Shown: piece after piece, positions 52,284 to 64,000 of the stretch
Layout: every line of letters starts with the position of its first letter
Numbering within the stretch: the stretch's first letter is position 1
Source: Tubulanus polymorphus
Taxonomy: Eukaryota; Animalia; Nemertea
DNA: 64,000 nucleotides
Assembly (NCBI RefSeq): GCF_964204645.1
Contig: NC_134028.1
Span: 16,871,653 to 16,935,652, forward strand
Direction of reading: 5' to 3'
Made by a program: the position numbers and the translations under genes
The notes under the pieces: generated by a model
Told to the model about the DNA's origin: nothing
Databases searched by the model: none
Seen by the model: the letters and a program-made list of their open reading frames with translations, nothing else

Positions 52284-55200
52284 CTTTTGGCTAGTAAAAT
52301 GTCCATTGGTTTTAAAGATGACTTCATTTCATCATTCATTATTTGATGCCATTTTGGACGATTCAGATATTCACACAGTTTTAAATCTTTCACTTCCGCT
52401 CTTCGCCTTTTATTAAATAATATCAGTCGAGACATAGTGACCTTTGCCAGATCCACCCAGGTTTTCTTATCCAGAGTGCTTAGTAAGAGTTTGGACTTCT
52501 CCCTCATTTTTTCAATCATGAAATCTCTTAGTAGCTTCAGATCATTTGTAACCGGAATCAACGGTACTTTTTTCATCTTTTCTTTGACGATTTTCTTGGT
52601 TCCGACAGAATTCACACGGAAGTTCCACTCTGATTCAAAAAGAAGCTTAAATGCTTTGGCTTTTTCACATTGGTTATTTCCATCTTCTAATCTCAAATAC
52701 ATGCCAATTTTAATCAAAATTACATGGCTCAAAATATTTCCGATATAGCTACACAGCGAAAATGCTTGTTTTTCTTTCGAAAATGCCAATGACTTAGTGG
52801 TTTTAACAACTAGGTCAAATTTTGCCGGATCAATCAGTTTATTTAACGTAATGTTGGCTTCATGTTTACATGCTTCTTGGACTAACCGAGCCAATGTGCG
52901 TGCACAAGCACTTACCCGATGCATGTCGTTTAATTTCCTATCATCTCTATCACCGAGCGATTCGACTCGTAGACTGGAATATCTCCTAATAAGTTCGTCA
53001 TTCATTACAATCTCCTTTATGCCATCGTCTCTCATACGCTCCAGCATTTGCGCTAGAAATTGGTCACTTTCATTATTATTTCCAAAGACTGAACTTAAGA
53101 GTAGTGACCTGCCTCTTCTTACGGCATTCGCTGATCTAGCTTCTTCAGTGCCATTATCTATATCTCTTTGAATAGATAAGTGTCTTAAGGCTGCTTCACA
53201 TCGCTTAACATGCAACCACAGTGTTGATTTATGTATAAACTTTTTACAGTATTCGCAGGTATTCATGTGGTGGTCCTTGACCTTTATCACGAGACGATCG
53301 ACGGGCGATAACAAGGTAACCATTTCCTGTTTCGAGCACTTCACAATTGTGGTTAAAATTACCCTCATTTGCAAGCATATTTAGCTGAAAAATCCGTTCT
53401 TTCGACTGCTTCGGCATTAATAGGATGCTGTATACTCTTGGTTGATCTTTGTGAGCAGCGAGTAAGTGGCGCGATATCTTACTCTTTATTCCTTTTTTAC
53501 AGAATACACAATAGCTAACTTTATCATATACCTGTTTCTTCCCAGGTTTTACTTTGTTTTTTTCAGAGATTGATACTTTAGCAGGGGAAGTAGGCTTGAC
53601 CTTAGCGCAAATACTATGCGATAGGTGATCCATTGATGGTTCTAGTGGGAATTTAGATACATCAAGAAAAGGAATAACATCAGATTCAGCATCTGAAATC
53701 GAACTGTCTTCCATATCTTCACTGTCATTGGAAAAGTCATCTACGTTAAAATCTGAGTCATTCTCATCTGAAGGCGAGGAATCCAAGTCGTTGTTATTAA
53801 AATCAATCTCATCAGTATCAATGGAGGGTTCTTCTGCAGGGAGTTGAATGGGTTCCACCACAAGACTTGCTTTGCAGGTGTCAACTGGGAAAGGAAGACA
53901 TGATTCTTTCGTACAACTGTTTTCACAGGCGTCAACTAAGGAAACTGGACAGGATTCTACCAAATGACTGTCATCGCAGGGCTCAACTGCAGGAAGGTGA
54001 CAGGATTCTAGCTTAAGCCGCTTTTTGGAGGGCTCAACTGTGGAAAGTTCACAGGATTCAACCAGACGACTGTGTTTGCAGGCCATAACTGCAGCAAGTT
54101 TACAAGAATCTACCATATGACCTTCTCCACAGGCGTCAACGGATCGAACTTGACAATATTCTACCATACGACTGTCTTTGCAGGCCGTATCTGCAGGCGA
54201 TTGACATGATTCTTCCATAGGACTGTCGTTGTAGTCTGCTACTGCGGGAAGGTGACAATAATCTACCATACGACTGTCTTTGCAGGCTGTAACTGCAGGC
54301 GATGGACACAATTCTACCATACGACTGTTTTTGCAGTCTGCTACTGCTGGAAGCTGATAATAATCTACCATACGACTGTCGTTGGAGGTGCAGTCAGCTA
54401 CTGCTGGAAGTTGACAAAATTCTACCATGCGACTGTCCTTGCAGGCCGTAACTGCAGGCGGTGGACATGATTCTTCCATACGACTGTTTTTGCAGTCCGC
54501 TACTGCTGGAAGCTGACAAAATTCTACCATAGGACTGTCTTTGCAGAGTGTAACTGCAGGCAATTGACACAATTCTACCATACAACTGTTTTTGCAGTCC
54601 GCTACTGCTGGAAGCTGACAATATTCTACCATAGGACTGTCTTTGCAGAGTGTAACTGCAGGCAATTGACATGATTCTTCCATACAACTGTCTTTGCAGT
54701 CTTCTACTGCTGGACGTTGACAAAATTCTTCCATGCAACAGTACTTGCAGGCCGTAACAGAAGAAAGTTGACAAGGATCTACCATACAACCTCCTTCGCA
54801 GGCGTCAACGGATGGAACTTGACAAGATTCTACCATACGACTGTCTTTGCAGGCTGTAACTGCAGCCGATGGACACAATTCTACCATACGACTGTTTTTG
54901 CCATCTGCTACTGCTGGACATTGATAAGGTTCTACCATACGACTGTCTTTATAGGCCGTAACTGCAGGCGATTGACACAATTCTACCACACGACTGTTTT
55001 GCCATCTGCTCCTGCTGGACGTTGATAAGGTTCTACCATACGACTGTCTTTATAGGCCGTAACTGCAGGCGATTGACACAATTCTACCTTAGAACTGTTT
55101 TTGCCATCTGCTACTGCTGGACGTTGATAAGGTTCTACAATTCGACTGTCTTTGCAATCTGTAACTGCAGGCGGTGGACACGATTCTTCCATAGGACATT

Positions 55201-58200
55201 TTTTGCATGCAGTGACTGCATGAAGCAGATATGATTCTTCCATACGACTGTTTTTGCAGTCTGCTACTGCTGGAAGCTGACAATATTCTACCATAGGGCT
55301 ATCTTTGCAGGGTGTAACTGCAGGCAATTGACACAATTCTACCATACAAGTGTTTTTGCAGGCTGTTACTGCTGGAAGCTGACAATATTCTACCATAGAA
55401 CTGTCTGTGCAGGCTGTTACTGCAGGCGGTTGACATGATTCTCCCATACGACTGTCTTTGGAGTCTTCTACTGCTGGACGTTGACAAATTTCTCCCACGC
55501 GACTGTCCTTGCAGGCCGTAACAGAAGAAAGTTGACAAGGATCTACCATTCGACCTTCTTCGCAGGCGTCAACAGATGGAACTTGACAAGATTCTACCAT
55601 ACAACTGTTTTTGCAGGCCGTAACTGCAGGCGATGGACACAATTCTACCATACGACTGTTTTTGCATGCAGTAATTGCAGGAAGCTGATATGATTCTTCC
55701 ATACGACTGTTTTTGCAGTCAGCTACTGCTGGAAGTTGACAATATTCTACCATACGACTGTCTTTGCAGGCTCTAACTGCAGGCCATGGACACAATTCTA
55801 CCATACGACTGTTTTTGCCATCTGCTACTGCTGGACATTGATAAGGTTCTACCATATGACTGTCTTTGCAGGCTGTAACTGCAGGCGATGGACACAATTC
55901 TACCATATGACTGTTTTTGCCATCTGCTACTGCTGGAAGCTGACAATATTCTACCATAGGACTGTCTTTGCAGGCTGTAACTGCAGGCAATTGACACAAT
56001 TCTAACATACAACTGTTTTTGCCATCTGCTACTGCTGGACGTTGATAAGGTTCTACCATACGACTGTCTTTGCAGGCTGTTACTGCAGGCGATGGACCCG
56101 ATTCTTCCATAGGACTGTTTTTGCATGCAGTAACTGCAGGAAGCTGATATGATTCTTCCATACGACTGTTTTTGCAGTTAGCTACTGCTGGAAGTTGACA
56201 AAATTCTACCATGCAACTGTCCTTGCAGGCCGTAACAGCAGGAAGTTGACAAGACTCTACCATACGACTGTTTTTGCCATCTGCTACTGCTTGACATTGA
56301 TAAGGTTCTACCATATGACTGTCTTTGCAGGCTGTAACTGCAGGCGATGGACACAATTCTACCATATGACTGTTTTTGCCATCTGCTACTGCTGGAAGCT
56401 GACAATATTCTACCATAGGACTGTCTTTGCAGGCTGTAACTGCAGGCAATTGACACAATTCTAACATACAACTGTTTTTGCCATCTGCTACTGCTGGACG
56501 TTGATAAGGTTCTACCATACGACTGTCTTTGCAGGCTGTTACTGCAGGCGATGGACACGATTCTTCCATAGGACTGTTTATGCATGCAGTAACTGCAGGA
56601 AGCTGATATGATTCTTCCATACGACTGTTTTTGCAGTTAGCTACTGCTGGAAGTTGACAAAATTCTACCATGCAACTGTCCTTGCAGGCCGTAACAGCAG
56701 GAAGTTGACAAGACTCTACCATACGACTGTTTTTGCCATCTGCTACTGCTTGACATTGATAAGGTTCTACCATACGACTGTCTTTGCAGGCTGTAACTGC
56801 AGGCAATGGACACAATTCTATCATACGACTGTTTTTGCCATCTGTTACTGCTGGACGTTGATAAGGTTCTACCATACGACTGTCTTTGCAGGCTGTTACT
56901 GCAGGCGATGGACACGATTCTTCCATACGACTGTTTTTACTGTCAGTAACTGCAGGAAGCTGATATGATTCTTCCATACGACTGTTTTTGCAGTCTGCTA
57001 CTGCTGTAAGCTGATAATATTCTACCAGAGGACTGTCTGTGCAGGCTGTTACTGCAGGCAATTGACACAATTCTACCATACAACTGTTTTTGCAGGCTGT
57101 TGCTGCTGGAAGCTGACAATATTCTAACATACGACTGTCTTTGCAGGCTGTAACTGCAGGCGATTGACATGATTCTTCCATACGACTGTCTTTGCAGTCA
57201 GCTACTGCTGGAAGTTGACAAAATTCTACCATACGACTGTTTTTGCACGCAGTAACTGCAGGAAGCTGATATGATTCTTCCATACCATTGTCTTTGCAGT
57301 CTTCTACTGCTGGAAGTTGACAAAATTCAACCATGTGAATGTCCTTGCTGGCATAAACGGATGGAAGTCGATAATATTCTACCATAGGACTGTCTTTGCA
57401 GGCTGTAACTGCAGGCATTTGACACAATTCTACCATACGACTGTCTTTGCAGGCTGTAACTGCATCCGGTGGACATGATTCTTCCATACGACTGTTTTTG
57501 CCATCTGCTACTGCTGGACGTTGATAAGGTTCTACCATACGACTGTCTTTGCTGGCTGTTACTGCAGGCGGTGGACACGATTCTTCCATAGGAATGTTTT
57601 TGCACGCAGTAACTGCAGGATGCTGATATGATTCTTCCATACGACTGTTTTTGCAGTCAGCTACTGCTGGAAGTTGACAAAATTCAACCATGCGACTGTC
57701 TTTGCAGGCCGTAACAGCAGGAAATGGACAAGACTCTACCATACGACTGTTTTTGCCATCTGCTACTGCTGGACATTGATAAGGTTCTACCATACGACTG
57801 TTTTTGCAGGCCGTAACTGCAAGCGATTGACATGATTCTTCCATACGACTGTCGTTGCAGTCTGCTATTGCTCGAAGCTGACAATATTCTACCATACGAC
57901 TGGCTTTGCAGGCCGTAACTGCAGGCGATGGACATGATTCTACCATACAACTGTTTTTGTCACCTGCTACTGCTGGACATTGATAAGGTTCTACCATACA
58001 ACTGTCTTTGCAGACTGGTACTGCAGGCGGTGGATTAGGTTCTTCCGTAGGACTGTTTTTGCACGCAGAAACTGCAGGAAGCAGATATGATTCTTCCAAA
58101 CGACTGTTTTTGCAGTCAGCTACTGCTGGAAGTTGACAAAATTCGACCATGCGACTGTCTTTGCAGGCCGTAACAGCAGGAAGTTGACAAGAATCTACCA

Positions 58201-59971
58201 AACGACCTTCTCCACAGGCGTCAACGGAGGGAACTTGACAAGAATCTACCATATGACTGTCTTTGCAGGCGGTAACTGCAGGCGATTGACATGATTCTAC
58301 CATACGACTGTTTTTGCAGTCTGCTACTGCTGGACGTTGATAAGGTTCTACCATACAACTGTGTTTGCAGACTGGTACTGCAGGCGATGGATCAGATTCT
58401 TCCATAGGACTGTTTTTGCAGTCTGCTACTGCTGGAAGCTGACAATAATCTACCATACGACTGTTTTTGCACGCAGTAACTGCAGGAAGAAAATATGATT
58501 CTTCCATACGACTGTTTTTGCAGTCTGCTACTGCTGGAAGCTGACAATATTCTACCATAGGACTGTCTGTGCAGGTTGTAACTGCAGGCGATGGACACAA
58601 TTCTACCATACGACTGTTTTTGCCATCTGCTACTGCTGGACGTTGATAAGGTTCTACCATATGACTGTCTTTGCAGGCTCTTACTGCAGGCGGTGGATGG
58701 GATTCTTTCATAGGACTGTTTTTGCAGTCAGCTTCTGCTGGAAGTTGACAAAATTCGACCATGCGACTGTCTTTGCAGGCCGTAACAGCAGGAAGTTGAC
58801 AAGAATCTACCAAACGACCTTCTCCACAGGCGTCAATGGACGGAACTTGACCAGAATCTACCATATGACTGTCTTTGCAGGCCCTAACTGCAGGCGATTG
58901 ACATGATTCTTCCATACGACTGTTTTTGCAGTCAGCTACTGCTGGAAGTTGACAATATTCGACCATACGGCTGTCTCTGCAGGCTGTAACTGCAGGCGGT
59001 TGACATGATTCTTCAATAGTATCGTCTTTGAAGGCCATAACCGCACGAAGATGACAAGATTCTACCATACGACCTTCTCCACATGCGTTAACAGAAAGAA
59101 TGTGAGAAGATTCAATCAGACTGTTTTTGCAGGTCTCAGCCAAAACATCGGGGAGTTCGCAGGGTTTTTCCATACAAGTACTTTTGCAGTCAGCTACTGC
59201 TGGAAACTGACAATATTCAACCATAGGACTGTCTGTGCAGGCTGTTACTGCAGGCGGTTGACATGATTCTTCCATACGACTGTCTTTGCAGTCTGCTACT
59301 GCTGGAAGCTGACAATATTCTACCATAGGACTGTCTGTGCAGTCTGTTACTGCAGGCGGTTGACATGATTCTTCCATACGACTGTTTTTGCAGTCTGCTA
59401 CTGCTGGAAGCTGACAATATTCTACCATAGGACTGTCTGTGCAGGCTGTTACTGCAGGCGGTTGACATGATTCTTCCATACGACTGTCTGTGCAGTCTGT
59501 TACTGCAGGCGGTTGACATGATTCTTCAATAGTATCGTCTTTGAAGGCCATAACCGCACGAAGATGACAAGATTCTACCATACGACCTTCTCCACATGCG
59601 TTAACAGAAAGAATGTGAGAAGATTCAATCAGACTGTTTTTGCAGGTCTCAGCCAAAACATCGGGGAGTTCGCAGGGTTTTTCCATACAAGTACTTTTGC
59701 AGTCTGCTCCTGCTGGGTGTTGACAAGATTCTACCATACCACTTACTCCACAGGCGCGAACTGACAGAAGTTGACAGGATTCAACTCTTAAACCGTTTTT
59801 GCAGGCTTCAACAGCGGGAAGATAAGAGGATTCAACCATATGACCTTCTCTCCAGGCGTCGACGGACGGACTGTTTTTACAGGCCGTAACTGCAGAATCT
59901 TGGCGGGATTGTACTGTATCATTCTCTCTGGAGGGCTGAACCGAGGAACAAACTCTTGGTGGTCCCTCTAC
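52284..59971 (-). pseudogene. 7.7-kb exon: Cys-rich 17-aa repeats, acidic linker, zinc fingers, tyrosine-recombinase N-terminal part; two frameshifts
   Basis: Acceptor ttgatag|GTAGAG in frame with ORF 54983..59839; CVFC..ISRHLLAAH, GNFNHN, CEYC..HVKRC, LILFNKRRRAEV; frame changes near 54990 and 53258. Confidence 0.8.
53850..59900 (-). repeat. 51-bp coding tandem repeat (MVEYCQLPAVTACKDSR), roughly 115 units
   Basis: Visible array; higher-order periods of 459 bp (55736/56195/56654) and 513 bp (59051/59564). Confidence 0.95.
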
Positions 59972-61777
59972 CTATCAATATTACAGATATCAAAATGCAT
60001 AAGAAATCGGGTAGTAGTTTAAGTGTACGTACGTACATGGCAGTGAATAAATAATTAAAAGGTTATAGTAAGCAATTATATGGATTTCCCAAGTTCCCAG
60101 GGGGTCCACGGGCCTCGAGTTTGTATAATTCATTAACACAAGGAAGGAGGCGTAGACCTTGGTTTCCTGAAACTGTGAAACTCCTTCAATGTATTGTTAT
60201 ACGGTCCTGCAAGCAGCTGTCAATTTGCTGACTGAAAACCCCCTCAGACAATCACTGTTCGGACTTCGAAATCCGGGTGAACACATTTTTTGCAAATGGT
60301 GAATGGATGATCTTGTTTTGGGAAAATGCATACAGGCGGCAGGTTGATAGCTTCATTAGTTTCTAGTTCTCACATCTGATGCTGCAACTAATATGGTAAA
60401 CTCGATATGATAAATAGTCTATTATAAACCAGACTGTTCCTTGTAAAATCGTTATATATTTCTATATGAAACTGATTTACAGACATGTTGGGTCTTTCAA
60501 ATTAAGTATTTAGATATCTATATGTTCCGCATACATAATTACCATAGTAAATATAGGCCTATACAGTCAAACCCTGTAAGGACGATTCGGGTTTTAACAA
60601 AACCTTAGAGATACGATGAAGTACATAAGGCCCCAAGAGGCAAAATGTCAACATTCGCTTTTCATAAACGATGCAATCTGTGGGTTACATTCGTCAAAGA
60701 ATACACTCCTGGCACAATTGTGTTTTACACAGTACAATTGTGTTTTATAAGTACCGTAACAGTACTACCGAAGACAGGGAGATGGCAAGAACGAATACCT
60801 CAGATCAATATTTTGCATTTGTCATGGAATGTGGAATAAAATTAATTTGAATTTAGTGTAATTTTTTCCAATAAAATAAAACTCAATTTGATTATTTTTG
60901 TTCAATAATATAAAAATTGACTTGGATTTTATATTTTTTGCCGTAGGTTGAATTTGCAATTCGAGCACATAGAAAATTTGTATAACAAGTTTCCACTGTA
61001 TTGGAAGCATCAAACTCATATGCACTACATGAGAGATCAATACTCAATTGGACCGCAATATTGGTAGTCAATGATGTTTAATAGCCCAGTATTTTCCATA
61101 TCAGAGATAGAAATAACCATGGGAATTTGAAAAAAAAGCCCTTTTGGGTCCCTCAAACTGCGGATTTCCCTATGTTCAACAACTAATACATTCCCTATGC
61201 CTTTTTTTAATAGCTTGGTTTACGGGATAGACCAATTAAAATATTCTTTTGGCGGAGGAAATAAAAAAAAAATTCCCTCAGTGAGATAAAATCACTTTTT
61301 GAAGGAAGAGGGAACTGTCGATAGGGCAATATACCTATGTCCAAACACAAATGATTCTTGGAAAGTTCTAATTTTGCACACTGTGATAGAAAAAGAAGCT
61401 TGTTCCACAGACGGGAATAAAAATTTTATTTGACTTTTCTTCAAATTTAGGGAGCCAAGCTATTAAAAAAAGGCATTATTATAGATTGTGCAGATTTATT
61501 GGGTCCCTAAGACTGAGACTAATAAATACATATTGGGCCCCTGGACTGTAGGAATCAAATACTTTAGATCAATCCTCCGAACACAATGCACAATTTATCC
61601 TGAATTAAATTAAAACTCTACAATACAAACTAGATCACGTAACTGGGTTGATTGTGAAGGTGTGTGGTGCGTGTTTGTGAACGTGATCTTTTGACAAACC
61701 TTCAGTTCAAATTAGTAAGTGAGGCTGTAAAGGCTAAAACATTTGTCACAAAATAGTTGAAAAGATGTGTTTTTTAC

Positions 61778-61821
61778 CTTGCTATAACTTCTTTTCACAG
61801 AACCACGAAGACTTTGTCTTC
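61778..61821 (-). CDS. 44-bp linker exon (GRQSLRGSVKRSYSK)
   Basis: tttttag acceptor, AAG|gtaaaa donor; phase 1 to 0 exactly bridges the SET exon and the giant exon. Confidence 0.7.
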
Positions 61822-61826
61822 CTAAA

Positions 61827-61892
61827 AACAAACAAACAAACAAACAAACAAACAAACAAACAAACAAACAAACAAACAAACAAATAAACAAA
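61827..61892. repeat. (AAAC)n microsatellite
   Basis: Direct inspection; forms the T-rich tract before the minus-strand acceptor. Confidence 0.95.
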
Positions 61893-62239
61893 TGCGTGTA
61901 TCAATGAAGTATATACCAGGGCCTGTTTGTGTAGCCCTAGTTAATGAACCAAGATCATGAGGCACCAGTGAAGTATTTTTTACACATGTCACCTTGTTAG
62001 CAAAAGTTCTGGTAATACTTCTGAATGTTTTCTTTTACCTATTGGCCAAGATTAATAGTACAGCCATGATTTGTCTTTAAATTGTTGCCTTTGTGGATTT
62101 TTGATATTGAGATATAAAACAAGACAAGTTTTAAGTATGGCAATTCTGTATGTTGGCTGCATGAGACATATCAATCTGAGGTTGCACTGACACATGCCCA
62201 TTAGAGAATAAACATTTACTCGTCAGACATTATACATAC

Positions 62240-62445
62240 CACAGGAACTACTTTTTCGCCAAAGTAGATTTGGCGCGTTATAGTTGTATCTTATCTCATC
62301 ACCGATGTTGATGTCACCTTTAGCCATTATTGCAAGACAAATGGTCTGCTTGTGTTCGACAGCAACTACCTTCGAATTTTCTGTCTCACGAGGCCAGGCG
62401 TCGTTGACAAACTTCCCCAAACTATTGATATTCGTGGCATCAATA
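62240..62445 (-). CDS. SET domain C-terminal half (SETD8/KMT5A-like)
   Basis: ttctttctcctag acceptor; IDATNINSLGKFVNDA...AKGDINIGDEIRYNY...LLWR matches SET motifs DAT..GRxxNH and GEELxYDY; G|gtatgt donor. Confidence 0.85.
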
Positions 62446-64000
62446 CTAGGAGAAAGAACTAATTTCGTTTAAGATATGTGGGGAAATTGTCAATTAAATA
62501 ATTTACTTGACATAACTATAGGGCCAAAAATGTCATACAAAACAAGAAAAAATATTTATTCCGGGGTATATTGGTCAATGATTCTAAGGTTGGTAAGCTT
62601 TTGTTATGATAAAACAAATAATACACGATGCTACGAACCTCTTAATAAATCGCTCATGGGCAAACTGGTTTACCTTCGAAACCGTAGCTTGTTTGGCAAT
62701 GGCATTACCTGTAAAAACTATTTTGATTTCTTGAGTTCAAAGTTCTATTTTGTATTTAGGGTTTCTGCTTCTTTCGCACTTGTACGCTTTCCAGTGCGAT
62801 ATGAACCAGTTAGGCAGAAACCCGTTATCACTGCTTTGCAGCTAGGCCTATATTTTATTTTATCTTTTTCAAAGAGTAATTTTGTAGTCAAATAAGGCCA
62901 AAAACATACATACATTTTTTTAAGCCCAACGCACACGGCAAAACATTTGTTTCGCCGAAACAGAAAACACGTTTTTCGTAAAACGCTTTGCCCGCAAACG
63001 ATAAAACGTTCAACGCACATGTGACGAAAAACGTTTTCGACTACACAAAACGTTTTTCGCAAATCAAGCAGTGCTTGAATCGTGAAAAACGATTTTTGCT
63101 CGCGAAAATCGTTTTTCAGTTTGGCGTTTTGTGCTTTGCCTCCCCCGCACATGGCATAACAAAAAACATCGAAAACGTTTTCGGTGCCGTGTGCGTTGGG
63201 CTTTACAGTCCATGTCCAAAATTTGGTAGGGTACAGGTAGGTAGGGAAACTATTTTATACTTTGAGAAAAATATTTTTCACGACAAATAAAAATATGTGA
63301 AAAATATTTAGATTAAAAATTCATATGATATCACCAATCAGAGGACGGCTGAATATTGAAATTTTTGGCAGCCTCTTCCAATGTAGGGCCGGAGAAGTTA
63401 CTGGTACCGCAAAATATCAGTGTATGTAAGTGGATCGTTTTAAACCCCGGATTTTACCTCTTAAATATTGAGCTCTACTTATACACCGAGAAAAACAATA
63501 GTTTGCTGCTTAGTATTAGGTCTCAAGAAATTACAATTTATTACAAATGGTACCAAATTTAAAACACAGTGCTCATCTTTAGCTAAAACAGTTTAAATGA
63601 TTATTCATGATAAATTATCATTACTTTATAAAAAAAATAACTTATATTTAAACACCACTCTAAACAATGCACGTGCGGTAGCAAGCAGCTTACAGTATCG
63701 CTATGTAAGTGTGTACACTGTCCGAGCTTGTGTGTGTGTAACACTAACAGTCTACTTATTGATTATAACTCCCACGCTTGAAGTGAATGTGAACATTTGC
63801 TCACACTTTTATGGTCAATGAAAACAAACTATGGGTATTAAATGAAACAATACCTATGGCGTATAAAAATATATTCTTACAAAAATATATTAGAAGTGTC
63901 TTTAAAATTGTATTCTGTCCAATGACGGATGGATGATGGAGAAAAAGTAAACAGGCAATGGCCTGCTGAGGTGTAAGTACCACATTAGGCTAAAACAAGC

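Noticed and set aside
54252-59764. Many short ORFs on the plus strand and in alternative minus frames (YHTTVFA, LQRQSYGRI)
   Set aside because: Shadow frames of the 51-bp coding repeat
62476-63983. ORFs 62476, 62745, 62988 and 63356 as the upstream SET exon
   Set aside because: No GRGV or EYxG-type SET motifs recognised; the region is rich in AAAACGTTTT repeats typical of a non-coding element

Overview
Animal (invertebrate-like, intron-containing) genomic DNA, not prokaryotic. From left to right it holds: (1) the last two exons of an RBM22-like splicing factor gene among MITEs and a 25-bp minisatellite; (2) a ~18.4-kb, strongly AT-rich, decayed endogenous Polinton/Maverick-type virus (15359-33711) with ~460-500-bp TIRs, a 151-nt terminal fold-back, integrase, packaging ATPase, major and minor capsid, pPolB, membrane proteins and two HNH-type endonucleases, but no recognisable adenain protease; (3) a decayed CACTA/EnSpm-like element and satellite-rich DNA; (4) a multi-exon minus-strand gene of at least 15.8 kb (46645-62445, 5' end not found) joining a SET domain, ~6 kb of Cys-rich 17-aa repeats, a zinc-finger/tyrosine-recombinase region, tandem 48-bp mini-exons and a Myb/SANT-like last exon, which has a decayed duplicate at 41520-41717. 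The most notable observations are the SET-repeat-recombinase-Myb gene, an HNH gene bracketed by duplicated polB 3' ends (homing-cassette-like), two classes of TAAATG-type upstream motif in the virus, and its hairpin terminus. All family assignments come from motif recognition by eye; no searches were run.
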